Assembly (NCBI GenBank): GCA_030390025.1
Contig: CM059438.1
Coordinates: forward strand, 62,932,001 to 62,996,000
Source of the DNA: Squalus acanthias
Lineage: Eukaryota
DNA: 64,000 bases
Reading direction: 5' to 3'
Shown here: positions 12,726 to 25,422 of the stretch, one piece after another
How the letters are laid out: every line of letters starts with the position of its first letter
Position numbering within the stretch: position 1 is the first letter of the stretch
Program-made: the position numbers and the translations under genes
Notes under the pieces: model-generated
What the model was told of the DNA's origin: nothing
The model's database searches: none
Seen by the model: only the letters and a program-made list of their open reading frames with translations

Positions 12726-13859
12726 TCTTTCCCCCCCTCCCTCCCTCCCTCCCTCTTCCTCCCTCCCTCTCCTTCCCTCCCTCTCCTTCATTCATTTCCT
12801 CCCCTTCCTTATCGGAGATGCACAATATGATGAGTGAAAGTAAGGTGAAATGCAACTGATACAATCAGAAATTTCTCGGCAGAAAATACTGATGTTCCAG
12901 CTACTGAGCTCCTCCTTCAGTTTTGGTTGCACGCTCTTTCTACTTGTGGCTGCATCACTTGTGCATGTGAACTGAAATACTGGCTTGCTGTAATGTTTGT
13001 ATGGATGTTCAACATAAATCATGTTGCCCGGAACAGGGCTGTCTCGACAGTGACACAACAATTTCCAAATCCGCACCGACCCAAACGCACAGCTTGCAGT
13101 CTCCGCTCCGGGTTTAATTGGTGTTCTGTTCATGACTCCGGGCACTCCAGCATTGTTCATGTTTCCCAGCTGCTTATTCTCCCAGAAATTTCAACCAAAT
13201 TTATTTTGCGGCCCAACTGGGTTGCGCTACGTTAGTACAGCAGTAGAGCTACAGGGCTTGCAGGGATGATTGTTGGATAGAGGACTAACGTGCAGATTAA
13301 AAAAAATGTAAATGGAGCTAAATTTTCATAAATGGTTCATTTTGAAGTGTAGCAAGAGTTTCTCCTCCGTGGAGGAAGAGGAATCCGAACTGGCAGGACC
13401 TTCCACTCTGTAATGTGAGGGCCCGGTTCTTCGGTGAGAAATTTCACGTAAATGTTGCTTTAGTCCATAGATGTGCTCTTATTACATTTGCTGCAGATAT
13501 TTCTCTGAAATCAGATTACGCGGCAGTTTTCCTTTGGGCTCACTTGCTGTTTTGTCCGTTGGGGAATTTCTAATTGCGCCAGTTGCTATGTCTGTGGCAG
13601 TGACCGTTATTACAACACAGATTTCACCTGCAGTTTCTTGCTTTCGCGAATCATATCGTGCATCTCTTGTGTACAAACCTAATACAAGAATAATCCAGTA
13701 TTTTGGCTTTTTCATCTCCACAAACGCTGCTCAGTTAGACTATTTCTGGCCAATGGGTCTGTTGTGGGAGTGTATCTGAATGGATTTGACAAGTACTTGG
13801 TTATTTTGATGGTTTTTGCACCTATAGGCCCCGTCCAACCTGATTCACATGGCAGCTGT

Positions 13860-14200
13860 CGATCATTCAGCCATTGCCATTTACACCTCCTCTAGAGCCA
13901 TCTTTTGTTTCTTAACCTGGCCCATTACCATCTCCTTTTGCCTTGCACCATCATCCCTTTTGTCTTTTAATCTCTCCTGCCTTCCATCCTATCACAGACC
14001 TTCCCTTTTGTTCTTTCCTCCCCTCCCCCCTCCCCCCTTTCCCTGCCCCCTACACTTGCTTAAAAACCTGTTCCATCTCCAACTTTTTCCAGTTCTGAGG
14101 AAGGGTCATCGACCTGAAACGTTAACTCTGTTTCTCTCTCCACAGATGCTGCCTGACCTGCTGAGTATTTTCAGCATTTTCAGTTTTTATTTCTGATTCC
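13860..14200 (+). mobile_element. Non-autonomous Penelope-type repeat carrying a minimal hammerhead-like core (14095-14124)
   Basis: CTGAGGA-aGGGTC atc GACCT-GAAA-CGTTA, followed by cacagatgctgcctgacctgctgagtatt. Related copies at about 23350-23470 (-) and 35754-35964. Left boundary is approximate. Confidence 0.65.
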
Positions 14201-14711
14201 ACTCCACTCGGTCGTAATTTTCTCGTAAATGGGCACATCCTGAGGTGATTGCCTCCAACTGCTGACTAAGCCCTGCGTCATTCCCAAAATCAGGAAAAAT
14301 CAGTACCAAAGACTTGGCTTTCTTTTTGATACTTTTTAACACAGTGTGTGGTATTTTAAAGTGTGACACACCCTGTGGATCTGGCTTTTCAAGGCCACCG
14401 AGTCTTAATTGCTGTAAGTGAGCAGAATGTTTGCGGTCAGTGCGTTTTAAGTTGCTGTTTGTTGAGGGAAGTTTACAGATCACTGGGTAATTGTAAATTT
14501 GTGGCTTCAGGTGAAAGTGTAAACTTCATTACCAAAAACCTGTAGTTGACCTCGGCACGAAATGACACCATCATGAAATAAGTGGGGTTCTTTCTCTCGT
14601 ATACTTTTAAAAAAATTGTTAATTTGTGATTTGTTGGCATTTTATACTCTCGGAACAGCATAACATGCAGTAATTAAGAAACCTCTTCCTTTACCGTCTG
14701 CAAACCGCGTA

Positions 14712-15975
14712 CAGGCAACTCTTTCGTATCCGGCACCTACGGGACCGGGATGGTGCCGGTTGATTAAAATTCCGGATAACGAAGAAGGGACATGGAGTGA
14801 CAATGGCCCAAGGTACGAGAGCCCCGATCACACAGCCACAAGTGCTGGAGCCCCGATCACACAGCCACAAGTGCTGGAGCCCCGTAACACAGCCACAAGT
14901 GCTGGAGCCCCGTAACACAGCCACAAGTGCTGGAGCCCCGTAACACAGCCACAAGTGCTGGAGCCCCGTAACACAGCCACAAGTGCTGGAGCCCCGATCA
15001 CACAGCCACAAGTGCTGGAGCCCCGTAACACAGCCAGAAGTGCTGGAGCCCCGTAACACAGCCAGAAGTGCTGGAGCCCCGTAACACAGCCAGAAGTGCT
15101 GGAGCCCCGGTTACACGGCCACAGGTACAGGGGACCCGGTCACACAGCCACAAGTGCTGGAGCCCCGATCACACGGCCACAAGTGCTGGAGCCCCGATCA
15201 CACAGCCACAAGTGCTGGAGCCCCGATCACACGGCCACAAGTGCTGGAGCCCCGATCACACAGCCACAAGTGCTGGAGCCCCGATCACACGGCCACAAGT
15301 GCTGGAGCCCCGATCACACAGCCACAAGTGCTGGAGCCCCGAATCACACGGCCACAAGTGCTGGAGCCCCGTAACACAGCCAGAAGTGCTGGAGCCCCGG
15401 TTACACGGCCACAGGTACAGGGGACCCGGTCACACGGCCACAGGTACAGGGGACCCGGTCACATGGCCACAGGTACAGGGGACCCGGTCACACGGCCACA
15501 GGTACAGGGGACCCGGTCACACGGCCACAGGTACAGGGGACCCGGTCACACGGCCACAGGTACAGGGGACCCGGTCACACGGCCACAGGTACAGGGGACC
15601 CGGTCACACGGCCACAGGTACAGGGGACCCGGTCACACGGCCACAGGTACAGGGGACCCGGTCACACGGCCACAGGTACAGGGGACCCGGTCACATGGCC
15701 ACAGGTACAGGGGACCCGGTCACATGGCCACAGGTACAGGGGACCCGGTCACACGGCCACAGGTACAGGGGACCCGGTCACACGGCCACAGGTACAGGGG
15801 ACCCGGTCACACGGCCACAGGTACAGGGGACCCGGTTACACGGCCACAGGTACAGGGGACCCGGTCACACGGCCACAAATATACAGTATACGGAAGCCTC
15901 TAAACCTACTCCTGAATTTTGCCGGTTATTAGAGAATTCCGGATAATTAGGTGCCGTTTAAACGAGAGTTTCCTG
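14712..15975. mobile_element. Tc1/mariner (pogo/Tigger-like) non-autonomous element containing a minisatellite
   Basis: TA|caggcaactctttcgtatccggcacc at the left end and ggtgccgtttaaacgagagtttcctg|TA at the right end: imperfect TIRs with TA on both sides. Confidence 0.65.
14819..15877. repeat. Compound minisatellite of 28-29 bp units (A: gccccgatcacacagccacaagtgctgga; B: gacccggtcacacggccacaggtacaggg)
   Basis: Direct periodicity. A-type units lie mostly on the left and B-type units form a block from about 15400. Confidence 0.95.
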
Positions 15976-16938
15976 TACTTCACTTTATTGAAGGCCTTGC
16001 GGACTTGGCAACACTTTGCTCCTGAGCCTGTCATTTCCCTCTGTTCTCTTCCCCACCCTGTCATGTATTGGGCTAGACCGGCTCAGCCCGTTCCCTTCCC
16101 CATGTCCGTGTGTGTGTGTGTCCTTTTATTTCTCTCTCTCCTTCCCAATTCCCCCCGCCCCAGATTTTTATTACGTTGGATGTTTGCAAAGGCGGTTATT
16201 CAAAGTGATAAATATGTGTACATTTTGATCAGTATTAGTGCACAATAATGGTGATAATTCTGGCCAGGAGACCATGTCTGAAGGTCTGGCTGAGATCAAG
16301 AGCTGTTGAAATGTGGGCATGCACCCACATCAGCATTCCAAAACACTGCCACAGGTTGACTCCATTTCTACCAAAAATCTGTCAAATGAGTATTTTCTCT
16401 TCCTCTCCACTCCGTAGATGGCAAAGCGTTTAGAGGCAGAACGGAATGGGAATTCTCCGTGTCTGTTGCACTTTTCTGGAATAGGAAACCAGGTGAAATT
16501 CCCATGCAATCCACAAACAGAGGAGATGAAACATTTGTGTATAAGCACGTGTTTTGCCCCAGGGACTGGTGTAAAATTAAGTAATCCTTAAGCCGAAACT
16601 CAGGTCCTCACTGGAGTTATAATCCAATTAACTAATCCTTTAAGACTTATGGCCATTCTGCACAGCGTTCTGAGGCAAAAGTGATCCCAAATATAAGCAT
16701 AATATATGAGGTGTATCAGGGTTTAGAGTGCTGTTACTGTGCTGTCATTAGGTTTTCAATGAAATGTGATGGCATGTGAAATTTTCATTCTGTGTCCACT
16801 TGAACTGTGGATGACAGCCAGCAATACAATTATAGATTTTGCCCCTTAAACTTTGGTTTGTGCATTTTGAGCTCTGCAGCATCAGCTTTAAGTTACTGAT
16901 GTTACAGATCTGACACTAATGATGAGAACAATGATATG

Positions 16939-17680
16939 GGCCCAGAAATTGGACTTCGATGGTTGCCGCGGGGGTAAGGATCGTGCCTTTATGGTTTTGG
17001 CCCACACGAACTTCTGCTCCTGGGCGCCTCCCTGGTGCCGGCACGCAGTGTGTGCGTGTCCCAGAGGCGCAGTTAGTTTGATGCGACCTCTGGGATCACG
17101 TGGGCCAGTTAGAGCCAATGGCAGCACACCATCTTTCATTCATAGTTTTGACAGGAAGAGCTGTCAAAACTATGAATACAACTTGCCCCCAAAAGAACAG
17201 CTAAACCTCAATTAAATTAAAAAAAAACCATCACATTAATAAAATAACTATAGTTAAATAAATTAACCACTTTAAACAAAAATTAAAATTTTTGAAAAAA
17301 TTTAAATTCTTTTTAAAAGTTATAAAAATAAACTTACCTTTCTTTAACGTCTCTAAAAAAGATAAACCTGTTGAAATTTTTTAAAAATAATACTTAATTA
17401 ACTACTTACCTTGTTAAAAGGGGGTCTTACGCCTCCTTTCTTCATGTGTAAAATCTTCAACACTTACCTTCGCGTTCAAACCTGGAAAAAAAAACTAAGT
17501 GTGCTGCGTGCGCACAGCCTGTAGTGCGCACGTGGTTCACTTAGGAACCGCCCCCTTCGCAATATCGGAAGTGCCGGTTTCCCGCGCATGCGCAGTGCAT
17601 GCAGGAAACCGGCACTTCGGGACCGAATATGGGTGAGTACACAGTGCGTAATCTCCCGCATTCGGACGAATTTCTGGGCC
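16939..17680 (-). mobile_element. MITE, PIF/Harbinger-like (3-bp TSD ATG)
   Basis: atg|ggcccagaaatt ... aatttctgggcc|atg. AT-rich core. Reverse-complement homolog of 22151-22890. Confidence 0.8.
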
Positions 17681-19619
17681 ATGATGACATAAGAGGTGAC
17701 GAATTGAACATTAAAGCTGACTGACTTGTTTGACTTTTGCCATTAGTAAGGTTACAGATGCCCTAAAGAGTCTGGGTAAGAATATTTGCTGCACAGGATG
17801 TGATGTGAATACAGGAACACGGGAATTGCTCGGTGAAAAAAGACTCTGGTCCATCTAGTTCGCCTTTTACCGTCCTGGGAGTTGTTGAGTTGTTGATTAA
17901 TCATGGCAATCATTCTCTATCAATTAGTCGACAACAGACCCAGACATGAGGTGAGAAAAATCCCAGTGGTGGAGAGCTTTGGTAATCATAGATCCAAAGT
18001 CACCTACCTGTTCCTCCCAAGCACGCCACACTTACCACATGTCAAGTCTCAAATTACTCATGCACTGCATTCCAAAACATTATTTTCTGAAAGAAGCCCA
18101 TCTAATTTGCATTTGAATAAATCAGTACGCGCTGTTTGATGGATCATTTTGATGGATTGCTGTGTGGTCAGGTTGGCTGATTTCTTGCCAAATGTTTATC
18201 TTGACTATTGCTCTACTCTGGCCAGCCTTGGTTGCGATTTGTGCCTTGGCCATTCCACTTTGTATCTGTCGTATTGACGCCCTGCATTTTCCCAACAATC
18301 TTGCGTTTCCCCAGGCCTGTGCAAGGAAAGGAGAAAAGTGGATGCCACAAACTCTTAAAAAATCTTTTGGCTTGACAGAAAAAGAAGCTGAGGTATTGCA
18401 ATCTGCCATTCCGTGATCCTATGGGAAACAGTAATGCAGCAAGTGGAAGGAAAAGCTGAACTGGAGCCAGAAGTTGAGATGCTGACACCAGCTGCCTCTG
18501 TTCTGTTAGCGTCATTGGGGAGATGGGCCCAGCAGTTCCATAGATCCTTTCGGTTTTCAGCCTGGTTGGGTGATGCAAACAGCACAGCGAAGGCTGGAAG
18601 GCCTGGTGCTATGTATTTAGGTCTGGTGCAATAATATAGACATTTTAGAACAACGTGAATTGGTCAGATCCTACTAATCATCACAATTTAATAACCAGAA
18701 AATCAGGAACGCCCCCGAATTGGATGCACTGACCTCAATTCATGATTCTCTGATCAGCATCCTGGAAGGTAAAACGTCCAGAGTGAGTGAGTGAGTACAA
18801 ACGAACTTGCATTCACTTCCCAAAATATATATATTTTTACGTATTCAAGGAGGCTAAACTGATTCACGACCGGGCTATCACGGCAGATATTGTGGATGTA
18901 AAGAGTGATATTTTCCCAAGGAACAGCCTCACTCATGCCAGGAAGCCACATTGCACCACATAAAGAGAATCGACAATACATCATCCCTCTGTCGCACACA
19001 TTGCATCAGGGCATTTCTACAGCGCCTTTCACGACCTCAGGATGTCCCAAAGTGCTTTACAGCCAATGAAGTACTTTTGAAGTGTAGTCACTGTTGTAAC
19101 ATAGGGAAACGTGGCAGCCACTTTGCACAGCAAGGTCCCACAAATTGCAGTGTGATAATGACCAGATAATGTGGTTTTTTTTTTAGTGAACTCTCTGAAT
19201 ATTTAACCCAGGGGTGTTTGCACCAATGAAAATGGGGACAAAAATATTCTTGAGGAAAATGATTGTATTTTCACCAAGAAAGATGACATCTGGGATCAAA
19301 TTTCTTACGACAGCAAGCCAGTTTTAAAATGGGTGATTGCACAACACCTGGAGGGAGCACGGGTCAGAGGTAGCGCTACAAAATTCCAGCACCAGTTCTG
19401 CAACTCGCGCTCCCAGCGAGGGCTGCTCCACAGCGGGAGCACGGAATCACCCCTTAAAACTAAACGTATTTCTAGGACTAATACACCTGTTCGTACCCAC
19501 AACTTGGTATGGGAAATGGAGCTGGAAAATAATCAAACGTTTTTGTCGTCACTCAAGCCCCAGTTTATTGCTTCCTGACATTTCTTCTTGCACTTCTCAA
19601 CTTGCAAGGCGACAAGAAT

Positions 19620-20005
19620 TCATAGAGTCACACAGCACTGAAGGAGGCCATTTGGCCCATCGTGCCCGAGCCGCCCCCCCCCCGAGCACTCAAAAAAGAG
19701 CCATCCTATTAGCCTCGCTCCCCACAGCCCTGCAGATTCCCCCTCCCCCGAAAGCCACCATTGAATCTGATTCCACCCACCCCCCCCCAAGCAGTGAATT
19801 CCAGATCATAACAAATCGCTGTGCAAAAAAAAAATTCTCCTCAGCTCCACTCTGGCTCATCTGCCAACTATCTCAAATCTGTGTTCCCCTCGGTCTCCGC
19901 CCCTGCCGCCAGCGGAAACAGCCTCTCCCCATCCACTCCCACCAAAACCCCTCACAATCTTGAATGCCTCCGCCAAATCTCCCCTTAACCCTCTCCGCTC
20001 CAAGG
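19620..20005 (-). mobile_element. Degenerate CR1 LINE 3' fragment
   Basis: catagagtcacacagcactgaaggaggccatttggccc tail and similarity to the CR1 at 53776-54200. Confidence 0.6.
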
Positions 20006-20538
20006 AGAAAATCTTTTCTCGGACAAAAACTCGAATTATTCCAAGGATTAAAACTCTACCTGCACACTGCGTGTAACGTCTCAGTCACGTTCCTTTCACT
20101 CCTGCGAAACGGGTTGCTTAATTCCCTAACAGCTTGTGTAGGGCAGCATATGTTGTCATCATTCTGTCCCCTCCCCACAAGCATTTCCACGTGCTGAGTT
20201 CAGAGAAACAGTATTGCCAACACAGAGTTCTGCTACTCTTTGCGTGATTTTATGCTTATGATTTATGCAAGAAATTAAAAAAAAAAGTGATTTTCAATGC
20301 CCTTAAATTTTTAAATAAAAATTTGACCTGTAAACATTTTTTTTTAAAGTCCGAAACTCTTAAAATTCTCGAATGAATTGGGACTGTTTACAATGAAGGA
20401 GAGAGGTTGTGTTCATTACCTACACAGAAATACATAGCATTTACAGCACAGAAACCGGCCATTCGGCCCAACTGGCCCATGCCGGTGTTTATGCTCCACA
20501 CGAGCCTCCTCCCACCCATCTTCATCTCTCAGTATCAT

Positions 20539-20767
20539 TGACGTAAGAAAACTACTAGGCACTTGGTCTAAGCGTTAAACAAAGCTTTAATCAACTGTTT
20601 TTCAACATGGAGATCTAGTTGTGTCCTTCACTAGTTCCTGTTAAAGAATGTCCTGAGCAAGCTGGGCCCATGCCCGAGTATTTATACTCTCCCTGGACAG
20701 CGCCACCAGCAGGCCGCCCAATATTATTTCATAAGTCATTTCCACATGAATGACAAGATTCATGTCA
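20539..20767 (-). mobile_element. Solo LTR (229 bp), inserted in a CR1 tail
   Basis: Near-identical reverse complement of 59544-59772, with TG...CA termini. Flanked by the two halves of a CR1 3' UTR (about 20430-20535 and 20773-20815). Confidence 0.75.
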
Positions 20768-21700
20768 ATGGGCATATCCTTTCTCCCTCGTGTGCTTGTC
20801 CAGCTTCCCCTTACATTCTTGTCACCTTGGGACTTGAAATGCATTTCAAAATTAAACCAGCGACGGTGATGTTTCTGGACGATGGGAGAGGGAAATCTCC
20901 TGTGTGCAAATTCAGGAAGACAAATGAGGAAATCTGGTAATACAGGCAAACGGAGGGGCCTACCCCGGTGACGCCACCCGCGAACGTTCTTGAAAAGGTG
21001 TGTAAAATGGAAGGCGTTGCAATGAAGAGAGCGGATTTTTTTAATGGATGGAGCCCATGGTGGAAGGGGCATGGGCTAACAAAGTCTGTGTGCTGAATCA
21101 ACCAGCTGTAATGTCTGCATTTCTTCACCATATCAACAAAATAATGGGGCAGTTTGCGATGGGGCTAGAAAGTGCTGAAAGAAAAAGCAGCATTGTGGAG
21201 GAAGTAATGTATAACCCAGTGGAGAAGTTCAGTTGTTACAAAACAACCGAGCGGGAATGCTGCGAGTCCACCATAGGACAGTTCGCCATCCCTGGGCTGT
21301 TGGGGAGATTGGCCTACATTGCGATAGTTAGATCGGCAGCTTGACGTTGCAGTCCTGTCTCTCTCATCTCATCCATACATTTTTCTTGGGAGTCCTTTTA
21401 TCCTTGTTGCCTGCAAACTTTAAGTGGCCCAGTGATGAACATTCTTATTGCAGTGCGTCAGTCAGTGCAGGTATAACTACCCTATCGGTTTTATTATGTG
21501 TTTAAAGCAGCGCTATTAAATGTAGGTAAGTACTGGGGTCTTGGATACTGATGATGTGCACAATCAAGGGATGGAGATCCTCCGATCCTCCAATGACCTG
21601 ATGCAGGACATGATGGTTTTTGACATCTAAAAACACAAAACGGCAGACCGATAACATTCCGGATGCCCTAGTTAAGTGAACAGGAGAAGAAATAAAAGCA

Positions 21701-22147
21701 AGAAAGAGCTTGCATTTATATAGCGCCTTTCACGCTCTCAGGACGTCCCAGAGCGCTTTACAGCCAATGAAGTACTTTAGGAGTGTGGTCATTGTTGGAC
21801 TATAGGAAACGCAGCAGCCAATTTTCCGCACAGCAAGGTCCCACAAACCGCGATCATCGGATAATCTGTTTTAGGTATTGGTTAAGGGATAAATATTGGC
21901 CAGGACACCGGGGAGAACTCCCCTGCTCCTCTTCAAAATAGTGCCGTGGGATCTTTTACGTTCAACTGAGAGAGCAGACGGGGCCTCGGTTTAACATCTC
22001 ATCCAAAAGACGGCACCTCCGACAGTGCAGCGCTCCCTCGGTACTGCACTGTAGTGCCAGCCTAGATTATGTGCTCAAAGTACCTGGAGTGGGACTTGAA
22101 CCCACAACCTTCTGACTCGAGGCGAGTGTGCTACCCACGGCTGACAC
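21701..22147 (-). mobile_element. Full-length tRNA-derived DeuSINE (SacSINE1-like) with an L2-derived tail
   Basis: Minus-strand head gtgtcagccgtgggtagcacactcgcctc...gggttcaagtcccactcc (A/B boxes), Deu-domain-like ggatgagatgttaaaccgaggccccgtctgc, and tail aaaggcgctatataaatgcaag. Confidence 0.8.
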
Positions 22148-22150
22148 AAT

Positions 22151-22890
22151 GGGCCAAAAATTGATCCCGCTGCGCGAGAGTACGCACTGCGTACTCTCGC
22201 GTATTCTCTCTCCAATTGCCGGTTTTCTGCATGCCCTGCGCATGCGCTGAAAACCGGCACTTGGTCTTTGGAAAAGGGGGCGGTTCCTCGGTGCATCGCG
22301 TGCGCGCTACAGGCTGCGCGCACGCTGTGCACTTAGTGCTTTGGACGCGCAGGTAAGGACGGAAGATTTTAGAAATGGAAAAAGGAGGAGTAAGACCCAC
22401 TTTTAACAAGGTAAGTAGTGAATTAAGTATTTTTTTGAATTTTTTTTAACAGGTATATCTTTTTTAGAGACTTTAAAGACAGGTAAGTTTATTTTTATAA
22501 CTTTTTAAAAGATTTTAAATTTTTTCAAATTTAATTTTTTATTTAAAATGGTTAATTTATTTAACTATACTTATTTTATTAATGTGATGTTTTTTTTAAA
22601 ATTTAATTGAGGTTTAGCTGTTATTTTGGGGGGGTGTAAGATTCATAGCTTTCACAGCACGTATGTGAAACTTATGAATGGAAGATGGTGTGCTGCCATT
22701 GGCTCTAACTGAGTCACGTGATCCCACAGCTCGCACGAATTCACTACGCCGGTGGGATACGCAAGCACTGCCCAGCTGATGTCTGGAACATCAAGTTCGT
22801 GCGAGCTGGATCTGAAAAAGCCAACGCGGAGTGAGAGATCGCGCCTGCTCCTTACCCCCGCGGGAACAGAGCGAGATCAATTTCTGGGCC
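22151..22890 (+). mobile_element. MITE, PIF/Harbinger-like (3-bp TSD AAT)
   Basis: aat|gggccaaaaattgatc ... gatcaatttctgggcc|aat. Same family as 16939-17680. Confidence 0.8.
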
Positions 22891-23349
22891 AATAGCTAAA
22901 ATAAAACTTAACAGCACATAGAGGGTAATGGAACTGCTTAATTGTGGATAACTTTGGGATTAGTTTTAAAAACTCTGAAACTATAAGCGTGCATAACTTT
23001 AGCAGTGTAACTCCAGTGTCAGTTCCTGAATGGCCCCTCCCCAAAGAGACAGACTCTGAGCGCTTGCTCTTGATGTCACAAGGAATAGAACTCCAGTCTG
23101 GTGTCAATCTACCTTTGTAAAATGCTGAGAGAATCCATTGGACTTCCTGGACATTTTCAAAACGCTCCCTCCCACCCAGACTCTGCAACATGTCACGTTT
23201 AATGCCAGGGAGTGGAGCTCTGTGTATACACTGTGGAAGTGCGCGGAGATCTTTCCTCGATTTTACCGCCTGATTGAAACCAGGCGGCAGAAATAAGGTG
23301 CTGCTGGCTGCGAATGGACATTAGCTGTGATTGCACCCTAAAATATTTG

Positions 23350-23470
23350 TAATAAAAACAGAAAATGCTAGAAACACTCAGCAGGTCAGGCAGCATCTGT
23401 GGAGAGCGAGAGATGGCTTTTAGCGTTTCAGGTCGATGACCTTTCATCGGAACTGGAAGAAGTTAGAGAT
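23350..23470 (-). mobile_element. Penelope-type short repeat with a mutated hammerhead-like core
   Basis: Reverse complement reads ccagttCCGATGAaaggtcatcgacctGAAAcgcta...cacagatgctgcctgacctgctgagtg. Confidence 0.6.
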
Positions 23471-24359
23471 TGAGACAAACTCCAATCCCTTCGGAGAGAA
23501 GAGCAGAACTTCTCCAAGCTGAGCATTCCTGGAAGAGAAGTGGCAGTCAATTAAGCACTAAAACAAAAGCAAAAATACCGGGGATGCTGGAAATCTGAAA
23601 TAAAACCAGAAAAAAACAACTCGACGCCAGTGCTTGTAACAGTGAAATAGATGTGACACAAGGTTCCAAGTGGGAAAGCAATGATCTCGCATTCAGTTCA
23701 TCCTGAAGGAGACGGACTGAGGCCACTGTCACGCTTTGAGACACTGAAAAGAACAAGAAGTCCATTAGTTTGTCTTTCCTGTACTTTTAGTCAATGCCTG
23801 TTGTTTGTGTACTTATTGTACTTTATTTCTGTTTCAATTGGGTGATCCTGACAGGGGTAGCATTTTGCGTATTAGCGTTTCGGTCTAGCTGCTTTCATTT
23901 GCTCATATTTGACTTTCTTTTTCTGTGCTGCAGAATTCACATCTTCAGTACTTACCCATCCCTCTTGAGAGTTGAACTGTCAGGTTGTAACACGGAATGG
24001 GAAGCACTTAAAATGTTAACTGATTGAGAGACTCTTCTAAATGGCGCAGACACACATAATCCTCGTCTGAGGAGTAGGCAATTAGTGAATGTGTAATACA
24101 AGAGACCTACAAGTGTGGCCTGAGGAGTTTTAAAAACAATGGTCCTCAAGACCCATTGAATTTTCACCTGTTGAGTTGTCTATCTTAAGTGAGTTTAAAT
24201 GCAGCACGTCAGCTGAATGTGTCTGAGAAAATCATTCAGCATTATGTGCCACTGCATCTTCATGGAGAGGTATATTTGTGCTGGATACCATTCATTTATA
24301 GGCTCGCAATGCATCTTTTTCATTCTTTTGGCCTCTGTTGGTGTGCTGAAGATGGTGAT

Positions 24360-24672
24360 GATTTCCGCTGGTTGGGGATTCTAGGACCCGGGGGTATAGT
24401 TTAAAAATTAGAGCCAGACCTTTCAGGAGTGAATTAGGAAACACTTCCACACACAAAGGGTGGTAGAAGTTTGGAACTCTCTTCCGCAAACGGCAATTGA
24501 TGCAGGGTCAATTGTGAATTTTGAATCTGAGATTGATGATTTTTTGTTAACCAGAGGTATTAAGGGATATGGGCCAAAGGCAGGTATATGTAGTTAGGTC
24601 GCAGATCAGCCATGATCTCACTGAATGGTGGAACAGGCTCGAGGGGCTGAATGGCCTACTCCTGTTCCTATG
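24360..24672 (+). mobile_element. CR1 LINE 3' fragment
   Basis: gaattaggaaacacttccacacacaaagggtggtagaagtttggaactct ... gatcagccatgatct ... ggcctactcctgttcctatg. Confidence 0.8.
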
Positions 24673-24721
24673 AACCGCGGTGTGGATACAGTATGCGATC
24701 ATTCTGTTATCACACCTGTGA

Positions 24722-25145
24722 AAGAATGAAAGAAAGAACTTGCATTTATATAGCACCTTTCACGTCCTCAGGACGTCCCAAAGCACTTTGCAGCCAATTA
24801 AACACTTTTGAAGTGGAGCCACTATTGTCTTGTAGGGAAACGTGGCAGACAATTTGTGCACAGCAAACTCCCACAAGCACCATTGAAATTAAAGAGCCAT
24901 TAGTCTGTTGTGATGTTGTTGGTTTAGGGACAAATGTTGGCCACAACACCAGAAGAACTCCCTGCTCCTCTTTGAATAGTGCCATGGGATCTTTTACATC
25001 CACCTGAACAGACAGACAGTTTAACATCGAATGTGAAAGTGCAGTGCAGCACTCCCTCAGTACTGTACTGAAGTGTCGGGCTGGATTATGTACTAAAGTT
25101 TCTGGAGTGGTGTTTGAATCCACAACATGCTGACTCCGAGGCACT
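24722..25145 (-). mobile_element. DeuSINE (SacSINE1-like) copy
   Basis: Collinear with 21701-22147. Confidence 0.75.
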
Positions 25146-25422
25146 GTGTCTACAGTGAAGGAATCTAAAAACATTCTTAAAAGTCTCTCTATGGGGTGGT
25201 GGGGGGAGGCGATGAAGTTTGGACTGAAAGGCATACAGTGAGTTCCCAATCTTGGCTTTGCCATTTATTGGGAGGTAATGTGGAGGGGGAGGCATATGGG
25301 ACACAATACAAGGCCACTAGCAGAAGAACACTCAGCATGAAAGATTGACAATTTGGGGTTGCCGATTGCTGTGACTAGCTTTTCCTGTATTAAATTTCTT
25401 TCTCTCTTTGTTTTTTCCACAG

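Noticed and set aside
12138..12864. ORFs of about 210-226 aa
   Set aside because: Artefacts of reading through the 500-N gap.
15068..15946. 292-aa and 249-aa repetitive ORFs
   Set aside because: Produced by the 28-29 bp minisatellite, which is open in several frames.
18122..18634. Cluster of overlapping ORFs on both strands
   Set aside because: No recognisable protein motif or consistent splice structure. It could be an old element remnant, but I cannot support that.
1..25420. ABCA2 first coding exon (MGFLHQLQLLLWKN-like)
   Set aside because: Not found by eye. It probably lies upstream of the window, although a short exon could have been missed.
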